Source: Bacteroidetes/Chlorobi group bacterium MS-B_bin-24
GTDB lineage: Bacteria; Bacteroidota; Ignavibacteria; Kapaibacteriales; UBA2268
Assembly: GCA_003731685.1 (NCBI GenBank)
Contig: RCNO01000004.1
Span: forward strand, 2,222 to 66,221
Direction: 5' to 3'
DNA: 64,000 nucleotides
Shown: positions 30,912-39,703 of the stretch, piece by piece
Position numbering within the stretch: the stretch's first letter is position 1
Layout of the letters: the number at the start of each line of letters is the position of its first letter
Made by a program: the position numbers and the translations under genes
The notes under the pieces: model-generated
Databases searched by the model: none
Told to the model about the DNA's origin: nothing
The model's input: only the letters and a program-made list of their open reading frames with translations

Positions 30912-33645
30912 CGTTCATTTTATAAAATACATTGGGAAAAGTGTTTGAACTCGCTAATAGGACTTTTAATTTGTTCACTTGCTCTGAATCGTTTAGAAGT
31001 TTATGCCTTCGACCGAAAGAAATTGCCGAAACTGGGCAAATTTCTCGGCAGGCAGTAGTTACGGAAAAGTCATTTAATCCAGACAACGAGGCTCTGCTTC
31101 TTTCAAAATTGATTCTGTGAATACAGAATGTGCATTTTTCGGTTATTCCCCTTGAACGCAATGTAACAAATGGATTGGTCATTCTCGGGTCGAAGTTAAT
31201 ATGGACATTTTCTGCACTTTTGAAATTGAATTTACGAACATTGTAAGGGCAGTTTGCCATACAAATCCTTGAGCCAATGCACCGAGAGTAGGTCATTTCG
31301 TTAATTCCTTCCGTTGTATGGCTTGTGGCACCAACAGGGCAAACACTTTCGCAAGGAGCGTAATCGCAATGCTGACACATCAACGGAGCAAATTTTTTTC
31401 GACCATTGCCAAAGTCCAAATGAATGATGTTAATCCAATATAAGTCCCGTTGTTTTATGATTTGTTCTTTTCCAACGACAGGGATATTGTTTTCAATTTG
31501 GCAAGCAATCATACAAAGGTTGCAACCAATGCATTTATCTACATCAATAATCATTGTCCATTTATTATCGTATGGTTGAATTTTGTTAGGATACATTTGA
31601 TTTTGATTTATCAGTGGGGGAGCAAATTTTTCGGAAATTTCGTTTGCGTTTATGTTTCGATTTATCTTTGCTATATCGAATACTTTTGTTGTTGGCTCAA
31701 TCTCACAATCCAAAATAAGTTCAGGGTTTTTGGGAATAAGGATGTCGGAATCAGTATGGCGTTGTGTGTATGGATTCAAAAAACATTTGAAGTAATCATT
31801 GTTTCGATAAATTAAATAGGATGTATATTTTGGAATATTGTCTTTTAAAATGCAAGGAATAATTATTGAATTGGAACCAAAGGCAACCTTAACGGAAAGA
31901 CCATCTCCAATTCCTTTTTCCTTTGCCAGTTGGTAAGAAATATAAATTGGATTGTCCCAAGAGATTCCATCAATTGTCGAAGGGAGTTCTTTCAGATAAA
32001 CATTGTTGGAATACATCCCCGCATAAGTATCTTGTTCGGGGACGATTCTAATGTAATAATGCCTTGTTAGAGTATTTATCTCCTTTTTTAGAAAGTTCAA
32101 AATAGAAATAACATCTTTTTCATCAAGATGAAATTTTTTCCGATTATTTTTTTCCGCTTTCAAAAATATTCCGTTGCGAAGGTTTTCGCTTAATTCATTC
32201 GGATTGATATAATTTTTTTGATAAAAGTTTATTAACTCATCGAAGTAATTTATTGTTAAATTTGGACTTAAAATTTTATTTGAAAGTATGTGAATAAATT
32301 CTGGCAGTGATATTGAATCTTTGTTTAATTGCGAAACTATTTGTTGTTGAGAATACACGCAATTGTCGATGTTTTCAATATCCAACCAAAATTCCAAATA
32401 ATGTTGTGATGGAATGAAAATTTCCGATTGTTCAGAAGTCTTGTTTTTATAAAGGCTTAATGTGATTAGGCTTTGGGACGGAAGTACTCTGATTCGTTCA
32501 AGCAATGGAAAGTTAAGATAGAAATCTGGGCCATAATCCAAAAAGATAATTTGCACAAACTCTTCTGGTTTTGTAATGAATTTGTCGAAATTTTTTTTGT
32601 ATTTGGCGTAGTTTTTTAATTCGAGGGATATCAACTTTTCATCAATCGTTGCCAAGAGGTCTTGATTAGAAAAGAGGTTTAGCAGAAAAGTAATGATTTG
32701 CATCGAAGGTGGCAAAAAATCGTTGCAAAGGAAATATGTCGAATGTAAACTCCTTTCCAGATGTGATATAATGCTTTCTGGAATAGGGGGAAGGTCAATT
32801 CCATTAAATATCTCTTTGAATTTTTCTGCAAGTTCCTGTTTGTTGTTTAGTTCAAGTATTTTTTGTAAAAAACTTAAACCGAACAGGGGAAAATCATTTC
32901 GGTGAACAGGGATTCTTAAATGTGAATTTGCACCTGTGAGGGAATGTGTGTCTTCGAAAGTGAAGAGTTTGAGACTTCCATTGCTTGCAAATCTTGAAAT
33001 ATAGAATGGGGACAATGGGTCGTGTTCGAGGAAGTCACGACCGAAATTTATTAGAATTTTGGCTCTTGAAATGTCTGGAATAAAGTAAACATCATTGTTC
33101 AAAAAAGAAATATTAGCCTGATGTTGTGAATGGAAAAAATCGAATGGCGGAAGTCCCACGAAGACTATTTTATCGGTAAGATTTTCAATTTGGTTGATTT
33201 TAAAATTCAGAAATGGGGAATTGATGAAAGGCAGAAAGATGGCAATTTTCTTTCCTTCGGAAACACTATTTTCAATACTTGAAAAAATTCTTTCTAAAGC
33301 AAAATTCAAATTTGTTTCTTTCCCGTCGACCAATGGTTTGGAAATTCGATATTTATCGTATAAGTTGTATAATGAAGCCAGAGCAGATTTGGGCACAATT
33401 CCCTTGTTAAAGGGATTGTCCTTGTCTCCCGAAATGCGAAATGGAAAGTTCTCGTATGTTTCGATAATTAAACCAGTGGGGAAGTAGCCAAAAACGAAAT
33501 TCGTTCGATACTTAAGAATATTTTCGTATGTCGCTGAATGTTCTTGCTTAACTTCGGCAAGGTGGAAAATTTCGGGTCTTTGGCAGGATAAACCGAACAT
33601 AAATGAGGATGCCGTCAGAAATTTTGTGAAATCACGCCTGTTCAT
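30898..33645 (-). CDS. actB: Tat-exported molybdopterin-oxidoreductase-like / 4Fe-4S ferredoxin fusion subunit (ActB-like)
   Basis: MNRRDFTKFLTASS twin-arginine signal and a long MopB-like N-domain. C-terminal cluster motifs CIGCNLCMIACQ, CQHCDYAPCESVCP, CIGSRICMANCP and CREICP. Confidence 0.7.
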   Translation of the reverse strand: MNRRDFTKFLTASSFMFGLSCQRPEIFHLAEVKQEHSATYENILKYRTNFVFGYFPTGLIIETYENFPFRISGDKDNPFNKGIVPKSALASLYNLYDKYRISKPLVDGKETNLNFALERIFSSIENSVSEGKKIAIFLPFINSPFLNFKINQIENLTDKIVFVGLPPFDFFHSQHQANISFLNNDVYFIPDISRAKILINFGRDFLEHDPLSPFYISRFASNGSLKLFTFEDTHSLTGANSHLRIPVHRNDFPLFGLSFLQKILELNNKQELAEKFKEIFNGIDLPPIPESIISHLERSLHSTYFLCNDFLPPSMQIITFLLNLFSNQDLLATIDEKLISLELKNYAKYKKNFDKFITKPEEFVQIIFLDYGPDFYLNFPLLERIRVLPSQSLITLSLYKNKTSEQSEIFIPSQHYLEFWLDIENIDNCVYSQQQIVSQLNKDSISLPEFIHILSNKILSPNLTINYFDELINFYQKNYINPNELSENLRNGIFLKAEKNNRKKFHLDEKDVISILNFLKKEINTLTRHYYIRIVPEQDTYAGMYSNNVYLKELPSTIDGISWDNPIYISYQLAKEKGIGDGLSVKVAFGSNSIIIPCILKDNIPKYTSYLIYRNNDYFKCFLNPYTQRHTDSDILIPKNPELILDCEIEPTTKVFDIAKINRNINANEISEKFAPPLINQNQMYPNKIQPYDNKWTMIIDVDKCIGCNLCMIACQIENNIPVVGKEQIIKQRDLYWINIIHLDFGNGRKKFAPLMCQHCDYAPCESVCPVGATSHTTEGINEMTYSRCIGSRICMANCPYNVRKFNFKSAENVHINFDPRMTNPFVTLRSRGITEKCTFCIHRINFERSRASLSGLNDFSVTTACREICPVSAISFGRRHKLLNDSEQVNKLKVLLASSNTFPNVFYKMNDENT

Positions 33646-33647
33646 AA

Positions 33648-34337
33648 TTAATTATGGCAAGTTGAACATTCCACAGAAGCCTTGATTATTTTCTTTGGTA
33701 TCGGAAAAGTAGCCTGCAAAATATTGGAAGGAACAGACGAAAGTAAAATTTGTAATTTGTTTTGATTAAATGCAGGGTCATTTGGATAAAAAATCCCAGA
33801 AATGCTTCTCGGAGGAATCAGATAATTTTCGGGATTTTTGTGACAATCGACGCACCAGCCCATCGTTAAGTTCCTGACTTGGTAAATCGAGTCCATTTGG
33901 TCAACGAAGCCGTGACAAGTAGCACAATCGATTCCGCTACGGATATGTAGGCTGTGGCTGAAGCGAACATAATCGGGCAAGTCGTAAACTTTTTGGTAAC
34001 CAAGTGCTATGGAACTATCGTATGAAGCAATAACGTTTTTCAGCAATTGGCTTTCGGTTCGTAATGCAATGTGGCAAATCATACAAGTTTTTGTGGTTGG
34101 GAGATTGGCAAAACTATGGGTTTCGGCTTGATAATGGCAGAAAAGACAAGTAATTTTGTATTTTGTATGCAATTTATGGGAAAAAGATACATTTTGCTTC
34201 GGTCGGAAACCAATTCCATTTCTCAAATAGTTGATTGCCAAAAAAACATCCAAACAAAAAAAGGAAATAATAAGTACCAAAGCAATATTTTTTGACTTCC
34301 AAATTTTCATAAACTCAAAAATAGTATATTTTACCAT
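33648..34337 (-). CDS. actA: Membrane-anchored pentahaem cytochrome c (ActA-like)
   Basis: Five CxxCH motifs: CLFCH, CMICH, CATCH, CVDCH, CSTCH. N-terminal TM anchor. Confidence 0.75.
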   Translation of the reverse strand: MVKYTIFEFMKIWKSKNIALVLIISFFCLDVFLAINYLRNGIGFRPKQNVSFSHKLHTKYKITCLFCHYQAETHSFANLPTTKTCMICHIALRTESQLLKNVIASYDSSIALGYQKVYDLPDYVRFSHSLHIRSGIDCATCHGFVDQMDSIYQVRNLTMGWCVDCHKNPENYLIPPRSISGIFYPNDPAFNQNKLQILLSSVPSNILQATFPIPKKIIKASVECSTCHN

Positions 34338-34484
34338 AAAGAACGAAAATTCCTTGCAAGTAACTTTTCGAGATTTGCTTGATATTTTTTCACAGAATTT
34401 AGTATGCTAACATTTTCAAAATAAATAATAATAAGTTCTTTTTCGTTTATTTTCAATTTGAAAAGATTTCGGGAAAAGAGCTGT

Positions 34485-36359
34485 ATGGAAATGGAGGGGA
34501 AAAAGGCACAAGAGTTTGAATTTGTTGCAGAAATCAAACAGCTCCTGGATATTATTATACATTCGCTTTATACCCACCCCGAGATTTTCATCCGAGAGTT
34601 GATTTCCAATTCTTCTGATGCACTACATAAGATTCGTTTCAAAAGATTAACCGAGCCCGATATTTTGAATCCAGAAGCTGAACTTCGTATCGACATTTGG
34701 GTGGACAAAGATACGGGCTTGTTCAAGATTGAAGACACTGGAATTGGGATGACCAAAGAAGAAGTTATTACCCAGATTGGGACTATTGCCCATTCTGGCA
34801 CTGCAAACTTCTTGAAAAACTTGAAGCAAGGCGAACAGCAAATCGATTTAAATCTTATAGGGAAATTTGGAGTTGGCTTCTACTCTGTTTTTATGGTGAC
34901 CGACGAAGTGATTCTTGAAACTCGTTCCTATTTGCCCAGTTCCACTGGCATTCGTTGGAAGTCTTTGGGGGCTGAAAAGTATTCAATCGAGGAAATTGAA
35001 CGACCAAACCGAGGCACTCTGATTTATTTCAAATTGAAAGACGAATACAAAGAATTTTCCGACCCAGAAAAGGTTAAAGAAATAATTCGTAAATATTCGA
35101 ATTTTGTCGATTTCCCAATTTATGTTAATAACGAAAAAGTCAATACAATTGAGGCTATTTGGCACAAGAAGAAGGATGAATTAACATTCGACGAAGTCGT
35201 GTCGTTTTATAAGTTTCTGACAAAGGACGAAAATCCGCCATTGACATATTTACACTTTTCGGTCGAGGGTTCTGTTAATTTCAAAGCACTTCTTTATATC
35301 CCCGAAACTCCGCCACCATACTATTGGCGTGATTTTTTCGATACAACCATACATTTGTATTCACACAAGATTTTTATTCAAAACGATAATCAAGAAATTA
35401 TACCTGAATATCTTCGATTTGTGCGAGGTGTTTTGGATACAGACGATTTTCCGTTAAATATTTCCCGCGAAACCATCCAAAGTAGCCCAATAATTGCGAA
35501 AATTAAACAAATTTTAACATCTAAAATTTTGAGTCATCTTGAAGAACTTTCGCAAAATGAACCACAGAAGTATTCCAAATTTATTCAAAACTTTGGGCAA
35601 ATTTTTAAAGGAGGAATATTAATTGATACGAATAATAAATCGAAAATAGTTAACTTGCTTCGTTTCCAAAGCACTTTGTTACCCGAAGGGGAATACACAT
35701 CTTTCAAAGACTATGTTGCACGAATGAAACCCGAGCAGAAATCTATTTACTATGTTTTGACCGATTCTCGTAGTTCGTTGAATAGAAATCCCAATCTTGA
35801 ATATTTCCTGAAAAACAACCTTGAAGTTCTGATAATGACAGACCCAATTGATGCACTTGTTATTCCTTCGATTGGCGAGTTTGAAGGGAAGCTTTTGAAA
35901 TCTATTGACAAAGTGGATGTTGAAATACAAAGTCAAAGGGACGAGGCAAACCGACTTGAACCCGACGAGGCAAATTTATTGCTCGAACGCTTTAAACAAG
36001 TTCTTGGCGATAGAGTTTTGAATGTGCAAGAATCTCTCCGTTTGGTCGATTCGCCAGTTACATTGGTTGCTCCTGTGTTTGGATTAGACCCACAATCCGA
36101 AAAGATTTTTAAAATGATAGATAAAAATTACCAGCAGTCGAAAAAAATTCTTGAAGTTAATACAACACATCCATTAATTAAGAATCTTGCAAAAATTTTG
36201 AAAGAAAATAAAGAACAGAATTTGGTCGATGAAATTATTTTAAACTTGTATGAAGGAACTTTGATGTTGGAAAATCAATTGGAGAATCCGAAAGAATTTA
36301 TTCAAAGGACAAATGAATTAATTTTAAAACTAACAGAATTAAATGTTTCAAAAAATTAA
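34485..36359 (+). CDS. htpG: Molecular chaperone HtpG (Hsp90)
   Basis: FEFVAEIKQLLDIIIHSLYTHPEIFIRELISNSSDA and IGKFGVGFYS. Full length. Confidence 0.95.
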   Translation: MEMEGKKAQEFEFVAEIKQLLDIIIHSLYTHPEIFIRELISNSSDALHKIRFKRLTEPDILNPEAELRIDIWVDKDTGLFKIEDTGIGMTKEEVITQIGTIAHSGTANFLKNLKQGEQQIDLNLIGKFGVGFYSVFMVTDEVILETRSYLPSSTGIRWKSLGAEKYSIEEIERPNRGTLIYFKLKDEYKEFSDPEKVKEIIRKYSNFVDFPIYVNNEKVNTIEAIWHKKKDELTFDEVVSFYKFLTKDENPPLTYLHFSVEGSVNFKALLYIPETPPPYYWRDFFDTTIHLYSHKIFIQNDNQEIIPEYLRFVRGVLDTDDFPLNISRETIQSSPIIAKIKQILTSKILSHLEELSQNEPQKYSKFIQNFGQIFKGGILIDTNNKSKIVNLLRFQSTLLPEGEYTSFKDYVARMKPEQKSIYYVLTDSRSSLNRNPNLEYFLKNNLEVLIMTDPIDALVIPSIGEFEGKLLKSIDKVDVEIQSQRDEANRLEPDEANLLLERFKQVLGDRVLNVQESLRLVDSPVTLVAPVFGLDPQSEKIFKMIDKNYQQSKKILEVNTTHPLIKNLAKILKENKEQNLVDEIILNLYEGTLMLENQLENPKEFIQRTNELILKLTELNVSKN

Positions 36360-36437
36360 AACTAAAATTCGATTTTTTCGTTATTTATGAATGTATTCAA
36401 TAATTTTTAAATTAATTGCAGTAAGTTAAGGTAGCTT

Positions 36438-37481
36438 ATGAGGTTATCGGAGTTCAACTTTACTATACCCAAAAGTCAGATTGTCAAATACCCAGCCGAC
36501 CCTCGAGATTCCGCCCGAATGCTAGTTGTGAATCGGGAAACTGGAGAACTCGAGGATAGAGTTTTTTCGGACATCGTTGATTACTTCGAGAAAGGCGATT
36601 GCTTGGTTGTTAACGAAACTTCTGTTTTCCCCGCAAGGCTGTTCGGTAGGAAAGAGAAAACGAATGCCAAAATCGAAGTTCTTCTTTTAAGAGAATTGCG
36701 AACCGAGGAACGGCTTTGGGATGCTTTGGTCGAGCCAGCCAGAAAAGTCCGAATCGGCAACAAAATTTTCTTCGATGAAAATAATTTTTATGCCGAAGTG
36801 ATGGATAACACCACTTCACGTGGACGCACACTTAGGCTTAGTTATGAAGGTAACATTTACAAAATTCTTGACCGCATCGGGCAGATGCCTTTGCCTTCTT
36901 ACATCAAAAGGGAATATACACCACTTGATAAGGAACACTACCAAACGATTTTTGCAAATCCTCAATACAATACTTCGATTGCACCCCCTTCGGCTGGTTT
37001 GCATTTCACCAAAGAACTTGTTGAAAAGCTGAAAAAAAAGGGCGTGAAGATTGCCAAGGTTGTAATCACTATTGGTCAAGGTGCCTACGAAAAAATTGAG
37101 GTCGAAGACCTTACGAAACATCGAATGTATAGTGAGTACTTCATTATTCCAATGGAGTCTGCCGAAATCATCAATAAAACTTTGAAGATGAAGCGTAACG
37201 TGTTTGTTGTGGGCAGTAGTGTTGCTCGTGCACTTGAATCTTCAGTTTTGATTTCGGGCACTGTGAAACCCAACAGAGACTGGACAGACAAGTTTATTTA
37301 TCCACCTTATGAATTCAAAATTGCGACACGATTAATAACCAACTTTCATGAGTCCGATTGTCCTTCGACTTATTTAGGAATGGCTTTTGCAGGAAAGGAT
37401 TTATACTTGAAGGCAGTCAAGCATGCTTTGAAGAATGACTATCGCTTCCTCGTATTCGGGGATGCAATGCTAATAATTTAA
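36438..37481 (+). CDS. queA: S-adenosylmethionine:tRNA ribosyltransferase-isomerase
   Basis: LSEFNFTIPKSQIVKYPADPRDSARMLV, SIAPPSAGLHFT and TNFHES motifs. Confidence 0.9.
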   Translation: MRLSEFNFTIPKSQIVKYPADPRDSARMLVVNRETGELEDRVFSDIVDYFEKGDCLVVNETSVFPARLFGRKEKTNAKIEVLLLRELRTEERLWDALVEPARKVRIGNKIFFDENNFYAEVMDNTTSRGRTLRLSYEGNIYKILDRIGQMPLPSYIKREYTPLDKEHYQTIFANPQYNTSIAPPSAGLHFTKELVEKLKKKGVKIAKVVITIGQGAYEKIEVEDLTKHRMYSEYFIIPMESAEIINKTLKMKRNVFVVGSSVARALESSVLISGTVKPNRDWTDKFIYPPYEFKIATRLITNFHESDCPSTYLGMAFAGKDLYLKAVKHALKNDYRFLVFGDAMLII

Positions 37482-37494
37482 TTTTTGAACTGGT

Positions 37495-38493
37495 TCAACT
37501 TTTGCTTTTCCGATTTTTAACAATCCTTATTGCCAGCGCAAAAGCATTGGCAAGGCTTTTGTAATCTGCTATGCCCTTCCCAACTATGTCGAAAGCGGTT
37601 CCGTGGTCGGGGGAACAGCGAACAACAGGTAAATTCGCCGTGAAGTTGACCCCTTTGCCTTTTGAAATTAATTTGAAAGGGATAAGCCCTTGGTCGTGGT
37701 AGCAAGCTAAAATTCCATCGTATTGTTTTTCTAAACCAAATGCAAAGAACCCATCGGCAGGGAAAGGACCTTCGAGTTTAATTCCAATCGACTGCAAGTG
37801 CTTTATTGCTGGCATAAATGTATCAACTTCTTCTTTGCCTATGTTTCCATTTTCACCTGCGTGTGGATTTAATCCCAAAATTGCTATTTTGGGACTTGGA
37901 ACGAGGAAATCACTTTTCAGTGTGTTGTAAAAAATTTTGCTTTTCTTTACAATTAAGTTAGAATCAATTTTGTTGGATAAAGATTGTATTGGTAAGTGGT
38001 TTGTAAGTAAAGCAACACGAAGTTTTTGGTAAACAAACATCATTAAGCTTTGTCTGCCAGTGAAATAGTTTGCAAGGTGTTCGGTATGCCCCGAAAAATC
38101 GGGGAGATTCATTTTTATGCTTTCCTTACAAATTGGCAAAGTAATAACTCCATCCAACTTTCCGTTAATTGCAAAGTCAATAGCTAAATTGAAGGATTCC
38201 AGAGCATATTTCCCCGTTGCCTTCGACACCCAACCAGGCTGAATTTTAACCTTTTCGCCAACTTCTACAAAAACAACCTGAGCGAGAGCAGTTTGGGCTT
38301 GTTTGTATAAATCTTCGAGCGTTTTGTTTATTTTATAATATCTTTTGAAGTTTGATTGGTTGCAAAAAAAGAAAAATTCAGCTTGTTTAGAATGTTGCAA
38401 AAATTCTTTAGAAATTAAATACTTAGCAAAAACTTCCAGACCAATTCCATTCAAATCGCCAGCTGTAACCCCAATTTTAACTTTGTTTTGCAT
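37495..38493 (-). CDS. pdxA: 4-hydroxythreonine-4-phosphate dehydrogenase
   Basis: IGVTAGDLNGIGLE, GHTEHL, LNPHAGENG, YHDQGL and VRCSPDHGTAFDI. Confidence 0.9.
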   Translation of the reverse strand: MQNKVKIGVTAGDLNGIGLEVFAKYLISKEFLQHSKQAEFFFFCNQSNFKRYYKINKTLEDLYKQAQTALAQVVFVEVGEKVKIQPGWVSKATGKYALESFNLAIDFAINGKLDGVITLPICKESIKMNLPDFSGHTEHLANYFTGRQSLMMFVYQKLRVALLTNHLPIQSLSNKIDSNLIVKKSKIFYNTLKSDFLVPSPKIAILGLNPHAGENGNIGKEEVDTFMPAIKHLQSIGIKLEGPFPADGFFAFGLEKQYDGILACYHDQGLIPFKLISKGKGVNFTANLPVVRCSPDHGTAFDIVGKGIADYKSLANAFALAIRIVKNRKSKS

Positions 38494-38526
38494 AATTTTC
38501 CAATTTCTTGAATATTAGAATTTAAA

Positions 38527-39606
38527 ATGAATACAAAGATAGTAATTTCATTTGTATTGGCAATTCTTTTACTTTCTTCTTGCAAGGAAGATAGTGGGAC
38601 TTCTGCAAATCTGCCCGATACAACTGCGTCAAACTTTGCTTTGGTGCTTTGCGAGGGCTTGTGGGGATATAATAATTCAACCGTAACAAAATTGAATTTG
38701 TTTAACTTCAATGTTATCAATGACTTCACGGCAATTGCAAATCCCAATTTCAAGATTGGTGATTTGGGCAACGACATTGCAATCAAGGGCGATACATTTT
38801 TTGTTGTTGTAACTACTTCCAAAGCTATTGAGTTTTTTGATATTCGCACTGGACGACTTTTGGGATACATTACATTCGAAGGAAACTCGGCACCCCGCCG
38901 ACTCGATTTTATTAATGATTCTTTGCTTGCAGTTACGGATTTATATCAAGACTGCGTTTATATCGTTAATTTTAGAGCAAAAAGGGTTGAGAAAAAAATC
39001 CAAGTTGGACCTGCACCTGAATTTGTAGTTCACTTCAATGGCAAACTGTTCGTTACAAATTCTGGTTATGGTGATTTTCGAGCTAATGAACCAAAAGCTG
39101 GAACACTTTCGGTGGTTGACCTTAACAAAATGGCAGAAGAGAGTAATATCTGGATTGGTCCGAATCCCATTGAGATTGTACTCGACAAAAAGAGAAATCT
39201 TATGTTCGTTTCATACAATCATTTACCTTCTTTTAAGGATTCAGTTGGCGGAATCGTTGTTCTAAATCCTATTACATTAGAGAGGATTGCTGAATTTAAA
39301 ACGCCTGTGCGTTCTATGCATCTTGTGGATGAAGATGGTTCCTTGTTTTTCGTTGGAGACCGCAATGTTTCGAGATTGTTTTTTGCGTCAAATAAGATTG
39401 ATACGATTTTAGTTAACAGTGACTCGAAAGAAAACTGGTATTCTATTGCCTTCGATACCAAGAACAAAAATATCCTGATTGGCAACGCTCGAAATTATAC
39501 AATAGATGGCGAAATTTTAATATTTAGGTTAACACAGCAAAATACAGAGTTTCTGGCGAAAGTTTCTGTTGGAGTTAATCCCTCGAAAACTGTCATTAAA
39601 TATTAA
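38527..39606 (+). CDS. Lipoprotein with YncE/YVTN-like beta-propeller repeats
   Basis: Lipobox LLLSSC. Repeated V.V....p..i..d....lfV.N-type blades. Confidence 0.6.
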   Translation: MNTKIVISFVLAILLLSSCKEDSGTSANLPDTTASNFALVLCEGLWGYNNSTVTKLNLFNFNVINDFTAIANPNFKIGDLGNDIAIKGDTFFVVVTTSKAIEFFDIRTGRLLGYITFEGNSAPRRLDFINDSLLAVTDLYQDCVYIVNFRAKRVEKKIQVGPAPEFVVHFNGKLFVTNSGYGDFRANEPKAGTLSVVDLNKMAEESNIWIGPNPIEIVLDKKRNLMFVSYNHLPSFKDSVGGIVVLNPITLERIAEFKTPVRSMHLVDEDGSLFFVGDRNVSRLFFASNKIDTILVNSDSKENWYSIAFDTKNKNILIGNARNYTIDGEILIFRLTQQNTEFLAKVSVGVNPSKTVIKY

Positions 39607-39703
39607 CAACAATTCAATACAAACATTTCTGTAAAATTTTCATTTCTGACAATTTTGAAGTTGGGTTTTTTTATATTGCTATTCTTTTAATAAAGGAGAG
39701 AGA

